A DNA stretch of 64,000 nt from the human T2T-CHM13v2.0 reference genome, Homo sapiens. The notes beneath the pieces are model-generated. The model had not been told where the DNA came from. It searched no databases and saw only the letters and a program-made list of their open reading frames with translations. The position numbers and the translations under genes are program-made. Shown here in pieces: positions 13,703-28,949 of the stretch (position 1 is its first letter; the number at the start of each line of letters is the position of its first letter). The stretch lies in NCBI RefSeq assembly GCF_009914755.1, contig NC_060937.1. The stretch is one strand, 5' to 3'.

Positions 13703-13863
13703 GAAACTCTTTTCAACTCATTTTATTAGGCTAGCATAACACGCATATCTAAACCAGAAAAATATGCCAGAGTTGGGCACAGTGGTTTACGCCTTTAATC
13801 TCAACACTTTGGCAGGTCTTAAAAGACTGCTTAAGGTCAGGAGTTTGAGACCAGCCTGAACAA
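13703..13863 (+). repeat. Local duplicate of the L1-ORF2/AluJ junction at 15621-15781
   Basis: Manual ungapped alignment: 161 bp, 13 mismatches. Confidence 0.92.
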
Positions 13864-14339
13864 TACCAGGCTCATGGTGAAAGGTTGGGGATCTGGGAAG
13901 AGGGATAATAGTGAAAGTCAGAAATGCCAACAGATTTGGTTATCAATGGTGTTAGAATGAGAAAAAGAGAAATTCATGACAAGCTATCAAGAAAGCCAGG
14001 GCATGTATTGCCAAGCTCCTGGTGAGAAAAGAGGAGCAAGGACATAATTCTGAGAAGTATCAGGCTTTCTCCCTGAAGACTTGAATTATTCAATGGCACA
14101 AAGCAGAAAAATGAGATGGTATGAAGATGATAAAGACCAGTGTGGATATATTTCTCAGTCTTATGGTGTTAAAAGATCAAAAAATGGAGTTTATGAGCCT
14201 CTGAGAAAGGGCCCTAATAAAAACATCAGTGTGTCATTTGGAGTAACAGGATATCTTCATACTGGAAGTGGGGATGCTATAAAGGAAAATTAAGCATTAC
14301 CAAAACTATAACCCAAACAGAAAATATACAATGTCTGAA

Positions 14340-16135
14340 ATTTAATGACAAAAGTAGATTGTGATTAATTAAAGATGTATATTCTCAACATTAAACAAAT
14401 CACTAAATACGCAAAAAAGAGTTATATCTAACAGGCAAAAAACAAGATAGAATGAAATAATAAAAAATATTCTATTATTTGGGAAAAAAGAAGAAAACAA
14501 GAAAAAGGGGAATGAAAAACACATAGAATGAATATAAGTAAGATAGAAAGATAATAGATTAAACTGTAATGATATAATCATCTTAGATGCAAATGGTCTA
14601 AACACCTTAACTGAGAGGCAGAGATTGTTAAATTACATGAAAGGGCAAGATTGAAGTCTATGTTGGTGACATATATTTAGACACACAAATAAGAGAAAAG
14701 TACACAAAAACGTATATTATGCCAACACTGGCCAAAAGTAAACCAAATTGACTATATTAATATCAGAAAAGATAGATATCAGAGCAAATATTATTAAGAT
14801 GGAAAAAGAAGGTAAATTTATCATTAAAAAGAAACCAGTTTATCAAAATAATATAACATTCTTAAATATATATGCACATAATAGCAAATATTAAAGACAC
14901 ATGAAGCCAAAAAAATTGAAATTGGGAGGGACAATAGAAAAATTTACAAGAATGCACTCCTATATGACTCATGTGACAAAGAACATAGGAGAAATTAATA
15001 AGAAAATTAAATGTAAATAAAACACAGCGTGTCAAAATTTGTGGGTTAGCAATAAAGTCAAAGTTAGAGAGAAATAGCCATTCTTAGGAATGAAGAAAGG
15101 TCTCAAACCAATAATCTCAGCCTAATCTTAAGACTACAAAGAAAATAGATAATCACTCAATGTAAGAAGCACAAAGAAAATAGAAAAAGATAGCAGCAAT
15201 AAGTAAAACATAAATCTGAAAAAAAGTATGAAACAAAATACTGATTTTTAGAGAAAATCTAGCTCCAAATTGATCAGGACAAAAAGAGGCAAGGTACAAA
15301 TAACCAATATCCAGCATAAGAAAATGTGCATTTCTACTGATCCTACCTATATTCCAAGATAATATTCTGAACAATGTTATGCCAAAATATTTGACAATCT
15401 AGTTGAAATTGATGAAGTCGTAAAAGACAAAAGCTCCCGGATCACTTCAAAAATGAATTATATGACTCAAATAAACCTACATCTTATAAAGAAGTTGAAT
15501 TTATAATAAACTTTCTTTATAATCTAGTATCAGATGGCTTCACTAGTCAATTCTATCAAATATTTGTGAAAGAACTCATAACAATTTTACCAAAACTCCT
15601 TCAAAAAATTTAAAGTGGAGGAAACTCTGTTCAACTCATTTTATTAGGCCAGCATAATACTCATATTTAAATCAGAAAAATATGTCAGAGTTGGGCACAG
15701 TGGTTCAAGCTTTTAATCTCAACACTTTGGCAGGTCTTAAAAGACTGCTTAAGGTAAGGAGTTCGAGACCAGCCTGAGCAACATAGTAAGACCACATCTC
15801 CTAAAAAAAAAAATTAGCTGGATGTGGTGGCATATGCCTGTAGTCCTAGCAACTCAGGAAACTGAGGCAGGAGGATCATTTGACTTCAGGTGCTTCAGGC
15901 TTCTGTGAGTCAGGGTCGCACCACTGCACTCCAACTTGGGCAACAGAGTAAGATCCTGTCTCTAAGAAGAAAAAATAAAGTAAAAGAGAAAAAAGAAGTG
16001 CACACTAATATTAACCATAGATATAAATGAAATATTTTACTACATCAACCCCAAAGATATTCTAAAAAAAAATTCAGATTGAGCTGAGTTTATCTTAGGA
16101 AAGAACATTGCTTTTACATTTGATAATCAACCATT
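14340..16135 (+). mobile_element. Old L1M (inter-ORF and 5' ORF2, internally deleted), interrupted by AluJ
   Basis: 'gcaaatggtctaaacacc', 'ctatattaatatcagaaaagataga', 'cagatggcttcactagtcaattctatcaaatattt'. Confidence 0.8.
15689..15995 (+). mobile_element. AluJ (AluJo-like)
   Basis: Diverged dimer with 'caacatagtaagacc', 'ggaggatcatttga', and A-rich tail. Confidence 0.9.
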
Positions 16136-16530
16136 GTAGCTCTTTGTATTTTGCTGACATAAAATTTAAGAAGGACATGCTCATATTCTTCACTTTTCAT
16201 GCCCTTATTTCTCTCTCATAGCTTCTTCTTCTTGCCTTCAACATGATTCTAATAATGAAGACACACTACTTCTGGCCAGCAGACACGTCATCTAAAAAGA
16301 AGAGAGGACCTCTTTCTGTGAGCGGCTGTATCATATCTGAAAATGGGATTTTGTGGTCCTATTAAAGGCACAATCAGAGGCTTTTGGTAAAACGAGAGAG
16401 CCCCAAGTCTTGTTGGATAAAAGTAGTATTAGTGTCCTATGAATATTTGGCATTCTTGTCATCATCAATATTTTCTTATAATGGTATTTATCAAAATTGA
16501 CGCAACTTGTCCTTAATAGTCAATCAAGTG

Positions 16531-16559
<29 letters not shown>
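16531..16559. repeat. Poly(T) tract of ~29 nt
   Basis: Visible directly. Confidence 0.95.
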
Positions 16560-16562
<3 letters not shown>

Positions 16563-18172
16563 TTTACTGGCAATGTCACATCCCCAAAACTTCTCTGATT
16601 ACAAGATCTCATAAATTTGCTTAATATAATCTTTGACATAGGCTTTTGAGAATTTAGTGACTTGTAATCAGCTGTAGACTCAAGAATATTCCATTGCTTA
16701 CAGATGCAAGGAATGTGCCCTCTCAGTACTTTATAAATACATGTGCCTGTTTTTATTATATGTTACATGAGTGAAAGGTGATACTCTATTAAATTTCTAA
16801 CATCACTCAGAGCCATATTCAGAGTTTGTGAAACATTATACACAGCTTGGCAGCCCACACAATTATGAATGTTAAGTTAGATAAGAAAGTGAACATTTAA
16901 AACACCTAAAGTAAATCAAAACAAACTGCAAATTACAAAAAAAGATATTAGATACAGGCATACTCCATTTTACTGAATTTCACTTTATCATACTTAACAG
17001 GTAATTGCATTTTTTTTATAAATTGAAGGTTTGTGGAAATCCTGCATAGAGCAAGTCAGTTGGTGCCATTTTTCCAATAGCATCTCTGTGCCACTTCATG
17101 TTTGTATGATATTTTGGTAATTCCTGCAATATTGTAAACATTTTCACTATTATTATATTTATTATGGTGATGTCTGATTAGCAATGTTCTAGGCCATGAA
17201 CTGTACCCCTATAAGAGGATACATTTAATCAATACATGTTTGAGTTCTGTGAAAGCAAGGCCTCTAGTGTCAAACAGCCAAGTTTTGAATTCAAAGGGAA
17301 AGTTACTGAAGGAAATTAAAAGTAACATTTCAGTGAACACACGAACGATAAGAATGTAAAACAGCCACACTCTGACATAAAGTTTCAGTGGTCTAGACAG
17401 AAGATAAAATCACCAACAACATTCCCTTAAACCAAAGAGTAATTCAGAGTAAGGTCCTAACTCTCTTTAATTTTATGAAGGCAGAGAGAGGTGAGGAAGC
17501 CATCTCCATTACAGAAAAGTAAAGGTGAAACAGCAAGTGTTTGTGTAGAAGCTGCAGAAAGTTATCCAAAAGATGTAGCTAAGATGACTGATAAAGGTGG
17601 CTACACTAAACAGATTTCCAATGTAGGCAAAACAAGTTTATATTGGCAGTAAATGCAACATAGAACTTTCATAGCTAGAGAGAAGTCAATATCTTGTTTC
17701 AAAACTTTAAAGGACTCTTTAATTCTCTTGTTAGAGGATAATGCAGCTAGTGACTATAAGTTGAAGTCAATGCTTATTTACCCTTCTAAATATCCTATGG
17801 CCCTTAAGAATTGTATTAAATTCACTCTGCCTGTGCTCTATAAATGTAAGAACAAAGCCTGGATGACAGCACGTCTGTTTACAGCATGGCTTACTGAATA
17901 TTTTAAGCCCACTGTTGAGACTTACTGTTCAGAAAAAAAAAGAAAATTCCTTTCAAAATATTGCTGCTCATTGACAATTCACCTGGTCACTCAAGAACTC
18001 TGAGGGAAATGTGCAAGGTGAATATTGTTTTCATTTATCTTAACACAACATCCTTTCAGTAGCCCAGGGATTAAGGAGTAATATGGACTTTTAATTCTCT
18101 TTATTTAAAAAACACATTTCATGAGGCAATAGCTGCCATAGATATTGATTCCTCTGTTGTATCTGGACAATG

Positions 18173-18620
18173 TGTCTTGGTCTGTTTTCTGTTGCTCATA
18201 ACAGAATATCTGAAATCGGATAATTATAAGAAACAAAATTTATTTTTTACTGCTCTGGAGGCTGGAAAATTCAAGGTCAAGGGGGTGTATCCAGTGAGAA
18301 CTTTCTTGCTGGTGGGAATTCTCAGCAAAGTTGCAATGAGGTGCATGGCATCATATGATAACAGTCCTGAACATGGTGGCTCAGGTCTCTCTTTCTCCTC
18401 TAATAAAGGCACCAGTTACATTACCATGGTAACTCATTAGTTCATTATCTCATTAATCCATTAATCCTATCAACTTGGATTAAATTCAGCTCCTAATTTA
18501 ATCATGGGGCTGAATCCTTCTGACCCAATCACCTTTTAAAGACTCCATCTACCAAAACTACTACACTGGGGACTAAGTTTCAACATGAATTTTGGAGGAG
18601 AAAAATAGTCAAGCATAGTA
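18173..18620 (-). mobile_element. MST-family MaLR LTR (MSTC-like) inside Tigger1
   Basis: 'tgtcttggtctgttttctgttgctcataacagaat'...'caacatgaattttggagg'; 5-bp TSD caatg/caaag with 1 mismatch. Confidence 0.85.
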
Positions 18621-19307
18621 CAAAGTAAGTTAAAAACTATCTGGAAAAAAATCCACCATTGTAAATGCCATTAAGAACATTTATGAATCACTGGAAAAGT
18701 CAAAATATCAACATTAACAAGAGTGTAAAAGATGTTGATTCCAATCCTCATGTATCCCACTAAGGGTTTCAGGACTTCAATGGAGGAAGAAACTGAAGAT
18801 GTGGTAGAAGTAACAAGAGAAATAGAATTAGAAATGGACCTCAAAGATGTGCATGGCATGAGATGGCTATAATCTCATGATAAAACTTGAATGGATAAGG
18901 AGTTGCTCCTTATGGCTGAGCATGTGAAGTCGTTTCTTGAGTTGGAACCTACTCCTGGTGAAGATGCTGTGAAAATTGTAATGACAACAAAGGATTTAGA
19001 ATATTACATAAGCTTAATTGATAAAGCAGTGGCAGAGTTTGAAAGAATTGGCTCCAATTTTGAAAGAAGTTCCATTGTGGATAAAATGTTATTAAACAGC
19101 ATTGAATGCTACAGATGAATCTTTTGTTAAAGGGAGAGTCGATTGATGTGGAAAACTCCATTGTTATCCTAAGTTATTTCCACAGCCACTCCAGTGTTCA
19201 GAAACCGCCACTCTGATACATTGAGGAAAGACTCTCTACCAGTAAAAAGATTATGATGCGCTGAAGTCTCAGATGATCATTATCATTTTTATTGACAAAA
19301 TATTTTT

Positions 19308-20282
<975 letters not shown>

Positions 20283-21235
20283 AAGGTATGAACATTTTTT
20301 AATAATGCTGTTGCACACTTAATAGATTCTAATATAAACATAACTTTTATATGAAGTGGAAAGCCAAAAAGAAATGTGTTAACTCCCTCGATTGTAATAT
20401 TCACTTTATTGCAGTGGTCTGGAAGCAGACCTGCAATATTTCCGAAGTATGCCTCTACCATTAACACAACAAAATCAGGAAGGAAAGAACAATACTGTTT
20501 AACGTTCTTAAATAACTCTAAATACCTATATTCAGTTGCCTAATTTTTTTTACCTTCACTGTACATGAAAATGAACTGTAAAATAATATTCTACAGAGAG
20601 AGCAGAAAGAAAACTCAATCTTCTCTTTATCATAGCTGACTAAGATTGTTTATTAATACTGATGTTTTAGAGAAATTTCTTCCACCTTTGAACTCTGCTG
20701 GTAATATATATATTTCATATATATTTTAAACTTGTCGAGTGCAGAAAACCTTCTTTGTGTGTCTTTAGTATATGAACTAATAAAAATTCTTGATTCTTTA
20801 ACTATTCTTATGTAGTAATTATATATATTAATTTAAATTCCTGACACTTATTCACTGGTTTTTTTTCTTAGCATCCTCTTCAGATTGGTTATGAATTTTA
20901 AATTATACTAATATAAATTCTTCCAATAAAAAATATAAAAGTTCACCGTGCTTACTAAAGTTGAATAATTTCTGAAAACAAATATATTGCTGGTATATTT
21001 TTGTGTACTGAGTGACACTACAAAATGTGTATTACTTGTTATTTGCATATTCCTTCTAATTTTGCACTTTAGCAGTGTTCTAATCCTCATGATGTTCATC
21101 TCTTTTGTTGTAATTTTCATTATTTAAAGTTTAGAGACTATAGTGATTCCATCCCTTACCTGTATAAATTGACCATCAAATTTTCAGTTGCACTTTATAA
21201 ATAAATAAATAAATAACTTCAAATAAGTTGATGCT

Positions 21236-21520
21236 ATTTATTTGTTTGTTTTAGAGACAGGATCTCATTCTATCACCCAGCTAGGATTGCAGTGGTGTGA
21301 TCATAGCTCACTGCAACCTCAAACTCCTGGGCTCAAGAATCCTCCCACCTCAGGCTCTCAAGTAGCTAGGACCACAGGTGTGTACCACCATGGACAACTT
21401 TTAGAGATGGGGTTGCAGTAGGTTGCCCAGGCTGTTCTCCAGCTCCTAGCCTCAAGTGATCCCCACTGCCTCAGCCTGCCAAAGCACTGGGATTAAGGAC
21501 GTGAGCCACTGTGCCCAGCC
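21236..21520 (-). mobile_element. AluJ (AluJo-like)
   Basis: 'gatcatagctcactgcaacctcaaactcctgggctcaag'; ends 'gtgagccactgtgcccagcc'. Confidence 0.92.
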
Positions 21521-22331
21521 TGAATTTTAACAGTTTAAAATGTGTGTGAGTCTTCCATCAGTTTATGCTTTGGCTTTCAACTAGAATAGTTTCTTTATAC
21601 ATATTTTGTCATTATTCCTATAAAACAAACAAATTTAATCAAATAATATGATGTATGGAAGAGTAATTCAGACTCCTTTGATTATTGACAAAATATTGTG
21701 GAGAGCTGAATATTTAGGTATTACATTCACTCATATTATATATTGACTCATATAGTATATGTACTCCCATTATGTACACACTCCTATACTATATATATAT
21801 TGAAGGGATCCTTGCAAGTGACCAGCCCTAAAGCTTACGTTTCATTACCTTCAAGTTAAGTCTGTCACAAACAATTTTCTCACAAATAGTGATACCACAT
21901 TGATAAAATATCATATTATTTAAATTAAATCAAAATGAAGCAAAACTATATTTGTGAAATTTTATCATATAGAATACAAATCTGGGTAATTTGGATTTAT
22001 AATAAAATTATTAATTCTTTTATTCACTTAAGATACAGTCAATTTGCATACATTGTATGTTCTGAATAAGTAATAAATAAATTATATAGTCCTCATGTGA
22101 GTCACAAGTACATTATAAAATGTTACAGATTAAGACAGGTTGTAATAATTTGTAATAATTTCTATAAAAGTCAAAACAGGTGGTATTAGAGGAAATAACT
22201 AATGTGTTAGTATGGAAGTGCGTTGGGCACAATTAGATTGTATATGTGGAGATGCTTACTGAGGTAACATGATATATAAGTTATATAAGTTCATCAAATA
22301 AATAGCAGATACTAATAACAAGTATGTACTA

Positions 22332-23035
22332 CACTGGTACCATCTTTTCAGTTTACTTCCTACAGTTTCAGTTGTACCCTGGCAAATGCAGTATGAAAAT
22401 ATTAAATGGAAAATTCCCCAGGTAAAATATTCTGATGTTTTAAATCACTTGCCATGCTTAGTAGTGTGATAAAATCTCACATTTTCTGCTCATTCCTCCT
22501 AGGATTCAAATGTTTATGCTACCCATCCAGTAGTCATGGACATCATCTGTTCTGCACAGTCAGCCATCAACATTGTCACTGCTTGATGATCCAGAATCAC
22601 CCATAAAATATGATCTTTCCAACATATCATCATCAGGTTAATAGTAGCCTAACACTATGTCACAATGTCTAGGGCCTTCACCTTGCTTCATCTCATTACA
22701 TACATATTTATTTTATCATGTTACATCATCACAAGAAGATGAGTACAGTATAATATGATATTTTGAGAGACTGAGAAAGAAAAAAGAGAACGCATTAACA
22801 TAACTTTCATTATAGCATTTTGTGTTTTATTTTATTACTTGTTATTGCTGTTAATCTCTTACAACGCCTGATTTAAAATTATTTTATTATAGGCATGTGT
22901 TCATGGGAAAAACATAATATATATCATATATGTCTCTTTCTATATAGATATATATCATAATCAACATGATAAAATAAATATGTATGTAATGAAATGAATA
23001 TATATGTATATATGCATACATACATACATACATAC

Positions 23036-23068
<33 letters not shown>

Positions 23069-23143
23069 AGGGAGAGTCTGGTAATATCTGCTGTTTCAGA
23101 CATCCACTTGGATTGTATCCTTTGTGGATAAGGTGGGACTTTG
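22332..23143 (+). mobile_element. MER44 (Tigger7 derivative) containing an internal microsatellite
   Basis: 'gaaaatattaaatggaaaattcc', 'gtagtgtgataaaatctc', end 'catccact..gtatcctttgtggataaggtgggactttg|TA'. Confidence 0.8.
22915..23078. repeat. Compound (TA)n/(TACA)n/(GA)n microsatellite
   Basis: Visible directly. Confidence 0.9.
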
Positions 23144-23189
23144 TATATAATATTTATTTTGTGATAATTAAAGTGATGTATTTTGGTGT

Positions 23190-26100
23190 GGGACTTCCAG
23201 TATTGCAAGGTAAAGAGCTCAGAAGACCCTCTGCTTGGTAAAACAACAATTTCACTAGTGAAAATTATGAAAAGAAAATCATTGAAAGCCTCTTGAAATC
23301 ATTCTAAGAGAAAAGAGTAGTGGAGAATCATTCATTGAGTCTACAATAAGAAAGTTTGTGCCATGTGAGACATGAGACCTACTTTGTTATTTCTACTCTA
23401 ACTCTGTTCTGGAAGCTCTACACAAGGCACTGTACTGTGGGTGGGTATGACTGAAAAGCTGGGGTCTCTTCCCCAAGCTTCTAATCTGGTACTATAATTT
23501 CAATGTGAGGAGAGGTTTCTGACATTCTTACTGCCTCAGCAATGTGAAGCAGAAGCTCTACTGCAAGCAGGTGCAGCCATGAGGATGGAGTGTCCAGTCC
23601 CTCATTCTGTCTCCACTCATATAGAAGAAGCTACACCTTAGCTAGAGCAGATGACACTCAGTCATTCTGGCTCCCAGCTTGTTTGTAGGGTGTATTTTCT
23701 GCAAAAGAATAGAAAAGCTGAAAAGACCAAGGATCACCAGACTCCACAGTTTATATTCATAAAGTGATAGTGTCGCTCTTGTAATTTGGCGGTTTTGTCC
23801 TTTTCTCTGGGCAGCAGAGCAGTGTTTCTGTATGGGGGAAGCACCGTCAAAAAGACAAAAAGCTTTGCAGCTTTGCCTGAATGGACTGACTTTATTTGGA
23901 ACACAATGCAGAGAAGTATATGCCTAAAGGCATTGCTTAAATCACTGAAGATCTTGGAGGAAAGCAATTACAAATAAGCTGGTAGTTCTGCTTCTCCATA
24001 ATTGCTCTCCTCCAAGGTCTTCAGTGATTTAAGCTAAAGCTTTAGTAGAAAGAAACAAGGAACATGATAGTCAAGAATAGACCTATGTGCACAGTCATTT
24101 CAGAGGATAAGAAAGGCTGTACAGGCACATGAGGCTGTGCCCACTCAGAAGCAATCAAACAGGACAAGGGGATAAACCTTAAAGGATTCCCCAAACTGCA
24201 CACAAACTAATCAAGACAAGGCAGAAACCTCACTGGCACAAGTAGATTAAACAGATCCTCTGAGTAAACCCTGACTAAAACAACCCAGGAGCAAATCCTA
24301 GGAAGCCAGGCTAAAAATAAAATCATACTTATTCATTCTTAGTAGTCTAGAAGGTTGTATATATGTCCACGGCTGAACATTCTCATGAACAGTGAATGAG
24401 GAAAACTTTAAGCTACTTGTCCCTGGCTGAATGTGAGACAGAAAAGTAAGCTCTGTGAACTGTGACAGCAGCCTCTAAATCACATGCCTATCCAAAGGCA
24501 GAGCATAAAAATTTAACTGGCTAGAGGATTTTATCACAATTTTTGATCAATATATGGCTTATGATAATCCAGGGGTGATAGTCTGAAAAATAAAACCATG
24601 GAAAGTAAAATCTGAGCAGTTACACCAGACTGCACACTGTATGAGAATAAATTGAGCTAAGTTACTCAGACAAACAACAGAAATGACTAAAGAAAATGAC
24701 GATGTCACCAACCCCTATGAGGAGTAGGGGAGCAATGAAGAGGAGCATCATCCAGAATTGCTACATTATATTATTAAAACCAATAATTGAGAGATCAAAA
24801 TAAACTAACATAAACAAAACAAAACAGGAAAGCACAATCCACACACAAGACAAAAAGAACAGGCAATAGAAAGTGACTTTGAAGAAGTCCAAAGGGTATA
24901 AACTTAGGCTCTAATGATTTCAAACCACCCTTTTAAAATATGTTCAAAGAACCAAAGTAAACAATATTTTAAAATTTAAAAATAAAATACAAAAAAGTCA
25001 CGTCAAACAGAGTATACATCTGGCTAAAAAGTACATAAGTGAAATGAATAATTCACAAAAGTGTCTCAACAGTATATTTTGGCTGGCAGAAGAGTTAGTG
25101 AACTTAAAGATGAATCAATGGCGATTATACATTTAGAGAAACATAGAGAAAAAAGAAAAATGAACACAGCCTTAGAGAAATGTGAGACACTATTAATTCC
25201 ACTATATAAGCAATAAAAGTATTATAAGGGGAGATGAGAGAGAAAATGACTGAAAATAATATGCAAAGAAATAAAGGCAGTAACTGAAAACTTCCCATAA
25301 TATAATAAAAACAATAAACAAGTGTCAAAAGAAAAGCTCTGAAAATGTCAAGAAGGATAAATGGGAAGGGATCCAACCTAAACACAAAATGTTGACAGTC
25401 AAAATTCTTGAATAATTTTTCAGAGCTGCAAGAGAAAAAATAATACATCATTACTAGAAAAACCTAATAAAAATACCTGACTTTTCATTAGTAAAATAGA
25501 GTCCTGAAGGCAGTGGGACAATATATTCAAAACACAGGAAGAAAATTAAAAAATCTGTTAACCAAGAATCTTATATCCAGTTCTTATATTTAGTTAAATT
25601 GTTTCAAAAATGATTGCAAAATAAAGGCATATCCACATAAACAAAAAGTAAGAAAATTTGCTGCTAGACCTACTTACAAGAATATTTAAAAAGTTCTTAG
25701 ACTGAAAGCTAGTAATAACAGATGGTAGTTTGAATCCACATGAAGAAAGCAAAGTTGTAAAGATAATAGAGGCTTTTTACAAAAGCCTCTATATTGCACG
25801 TTGTGTCTCTTTTTTCCCTTAATTTATTTAAAAATTAATTGCATAAAATAGTATGAATATTATTGCATTCTTGAGCAATGAACATAATGATAATATTATC
25901 AAGAGTAACAGAAAATGAAGAGGAGTAGAAACAAAGATGTATTGGAGTAAGAAAATGTCATTCAATGGTAACTCAAATCCATGAAATATATTAATCTATC
26001 CAGGAAGGGTAAATAAAAAAAATTAAAATCAGAAATTCATCACAGATACATAAACATAGATATAGATGATATAGATATAGACATTCTCATTTTTAATCTC

Positions 26101-27099
26101 ATATTTAGTAAAGGAAACACATAAAGTAAAAACTATAACAATATATTTCTGAATTATAAAATATAGAAGTGCAATATGGATAACAGTCAGACTTAAAAAA
26201 AAGGTAGGATATCCACATTAAACAAAATTTTCTATATTTAATTAAAACGAAGTATAAACCTAAAGTTGATTTTGATATATTGAGATATATTATTGCAAGC
26301 CTTAGTAACAATTAATAAACTAATTCAAAAATACAGATAATTAAATGAATTAAAATTAGAAAATAAGCCATATAGAATAAGTAAACACAGAAAGAAATAA
26401 AAGAGAAAAAAGTTATGACATATAGAAAAAAAGCAAAATGGAAGATGTAAACACAATCACATCAATATTAACATTAAATGTGAAGAGATTAATCAGAAGT
26501 TCAACATTATCAAGTTGGACATTAAAACAACATCCAATTATCTTGTTGACTTTTAATTCAGTATTTATTTTGAATATTGGGTAAAATAAAGTTTAAAATA
26601 GGTGGAAACTAAAGATTGAAAAAAATATATCATAAAACCATAAAAAAGGTGGAGTGGATATACAAATACCAGACATAATAGACTTTAAAAAAACACACAC
26701 AAACTAGTTATAAGGAGGACTATTTTATAACAAGAAATCAAAAGATTAATTGAACAATAAATATAGCAAATCTTATAGGAAGCAGCTTTACACTGCTTAG
26801 AGGTAAATTTATAACTGCAAACACCTTTTTTAAGTAAGAGGAAGTATCAAAATAATTTAATTTCTCCTTAAGAATTTTTAAAAAGTAGAAAAACTATAAT
26901 AAAAAAAAATTGATCAAGATTGAACATAAATGATATAGAAGAAAAAATAGACAAAAATCAATAAAATCAAGATGTTATTTGAAGAAATCAGTAAATTTTA
27001 CCAAATTTTAGCAGACTGATTAAGAAAAAAAGAGAGAAGAAAAAATTATCAAAACAATCAATGCAAAAGCTGACATCATTGCTGATCTAACATACATAT

Positions 27100-27141
<42 letters not shown>

Positions 27142-28450
27142 CATGTTTAACTGTATTGCAACAGATTCAGTAACCTAGATAAAAGTGATACATTTTACAA
27201 AGGACACAAACTAACAAATCTGACTCCTGAAGTAGAAAATTTGAATAGACTCATTAAAAAAGAATTTTGATGAATAATAATACACCTTCCCATAAAGAAA
27301 GCCCTGGTTGAGATGGCTTCTCTGGTAAATTCTACGAAACGTAAAAAGAATAACAAATAGTACTCCCTCACAGATCTCCCATATCCCCCTAGAAAACAGA
27401 TTAGGAGGAAAAACTTCCAAATTCATTCTATGATTCTAGCATTATTCACATAAAAAATCTACAGATGTATATCTCTTTTAAATGCAGCAGCAAAAACCTT
27501 CAAGATTCTAGCAAACTGTGTTGAGCAACATATAAAACAGATTATACATCAATAATCAAGTGTGATTTATCTGAGGAATGCAAGGTTGATATAACATCTA
27601 AAAATCAAGTACTGTAAAATACCATAATAGAATAAAGTATAAAAACCATATGATCATCTCAACAGTTGCAGAAAAGCATTGAATAAATCCAATAACATTT
27701 CATGATTAAAATTTCTCAAAAATTTGGGATAATGGACATCCTCAACTTGATTAATAAACGACATTTGTGAAAAGTCCAAAGCTAACATGTTAAAGAAAAC
27801 CTGAATGCTTTTTACCTAAGATCAAGACAAAGTTAATATGTCAATTTTTGCTGCTTGTATTTATTATTGGAAAGAGATTTTAGCCAGAGAAATTAGATAA
27901 AAACTCATATAGCCTAGCAACTTCAAACCTACATACACATCCAAGAGAAAGAAAAACATATATCCATATAAAACTTGTACACAAATGTTTGTGGAATTGT
28001 TATTCATAATAGCTAAAAAGTGGAAGCCACTCGAATGGCCATAGATGAATGGATAAATAAAATGTATATCCATACAATGGGAATATTATTCAGCAGTAGT
28101 AAGGAATGAAGTATTGGTTAATACACGTTACAACATGGATAAACCTTAAAATCGTTGTTAAATTAAAGAAACCAATCATGAAATAACATATTATTTTATT
28201 TGTATGAAATATCTATGTTAGCAAATAGATATAAATGGGAAGTAAATCAGTGGTTGCCTACTGCTGGGGCAAGAATGAAGGAGGGGAAATGGGAATTTCT
28301 GCTAAAGGGTATAAAATTCCTTTCAGGGACTATAGTGTTCAATCATAGATGTGATGATGCTTTTAATCCTGTGACTATACTAAAAACATTGATGTGTACA
28401 CTTTAAGTGAGCAAATTAAGTATATGAATTATATCACAATTGAGCTTTTA
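23190..28450 (+). mobile_element. Old L1M (L1MC/MD-age): 5'UTR, ORF1 and ORF2 remnants, 3'UTR, with internal deletions
   Basis: ORF1 motifs (~24850-25710, 'ccaagaatcttatatccag'); ORF2 EN/RT motifs (26450-27890, 'gcagaaaagcattgaataaatccaa'); abrupt jump at ~27900 into the 3' end. Confidence 0.8.
27103..27136. repeat. (GT)n microsatellite
   Basis: Visible directly. Confidence 0.97.
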
Positions 28451-28949
28451 CAAAACACAACAAAATGATATAGTTTGTTAATATGAAATTATGAAAATTC
28501 AGAGCTTGTAAAATAGATTACTTAATGCCACTCCTGAGGTATAGCTTCAAATGTTTGATATTTTTCACCCAATATAACAGGGCTATTCTTAGTTATTCTT
28601 AATTTTGCCAATGATTTTGAATGCCGTAAGTCTCAAAATGCTAAAATCCAGTATAATACATGCCTAGATTTACAGACTACTATGATTTTATTCTTCCTTA
28701 TTGATAAACAAGAATCACATTCTATTAGGGTATGATAATTTTAGAAACACTTTTAATGTTTAGAAATTTAAATTACACTTCACTCTCAAAGTTTTTAATT
28801 TTCTTAAGTTTTGATAAATATATACATTGCTTACCAAAGGCTCATATGTACATTACAAAATCAAAACTTCAGAAGATCACTCCTAAAGTTCAATAAGTTA
28901 AATAAATAAAACCAGAATAAATGAAATTATGTGCTATAATGACATTAAT

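Noticed and set aside
16150-16800. Possible processed pseudogene suggested by the poly(T) tract at 16531
   Set aside because: No TSD or recognisable mRNA next to the tract. The flanks look more like decayed DNA-transposon sequence, which I could not assign confidently
17653-19118. Possible domesticated Tigger transposase gene (TIGD1-like)
   Set aside because: The frame is broken by stops and frameshifts and by an LTR insertion
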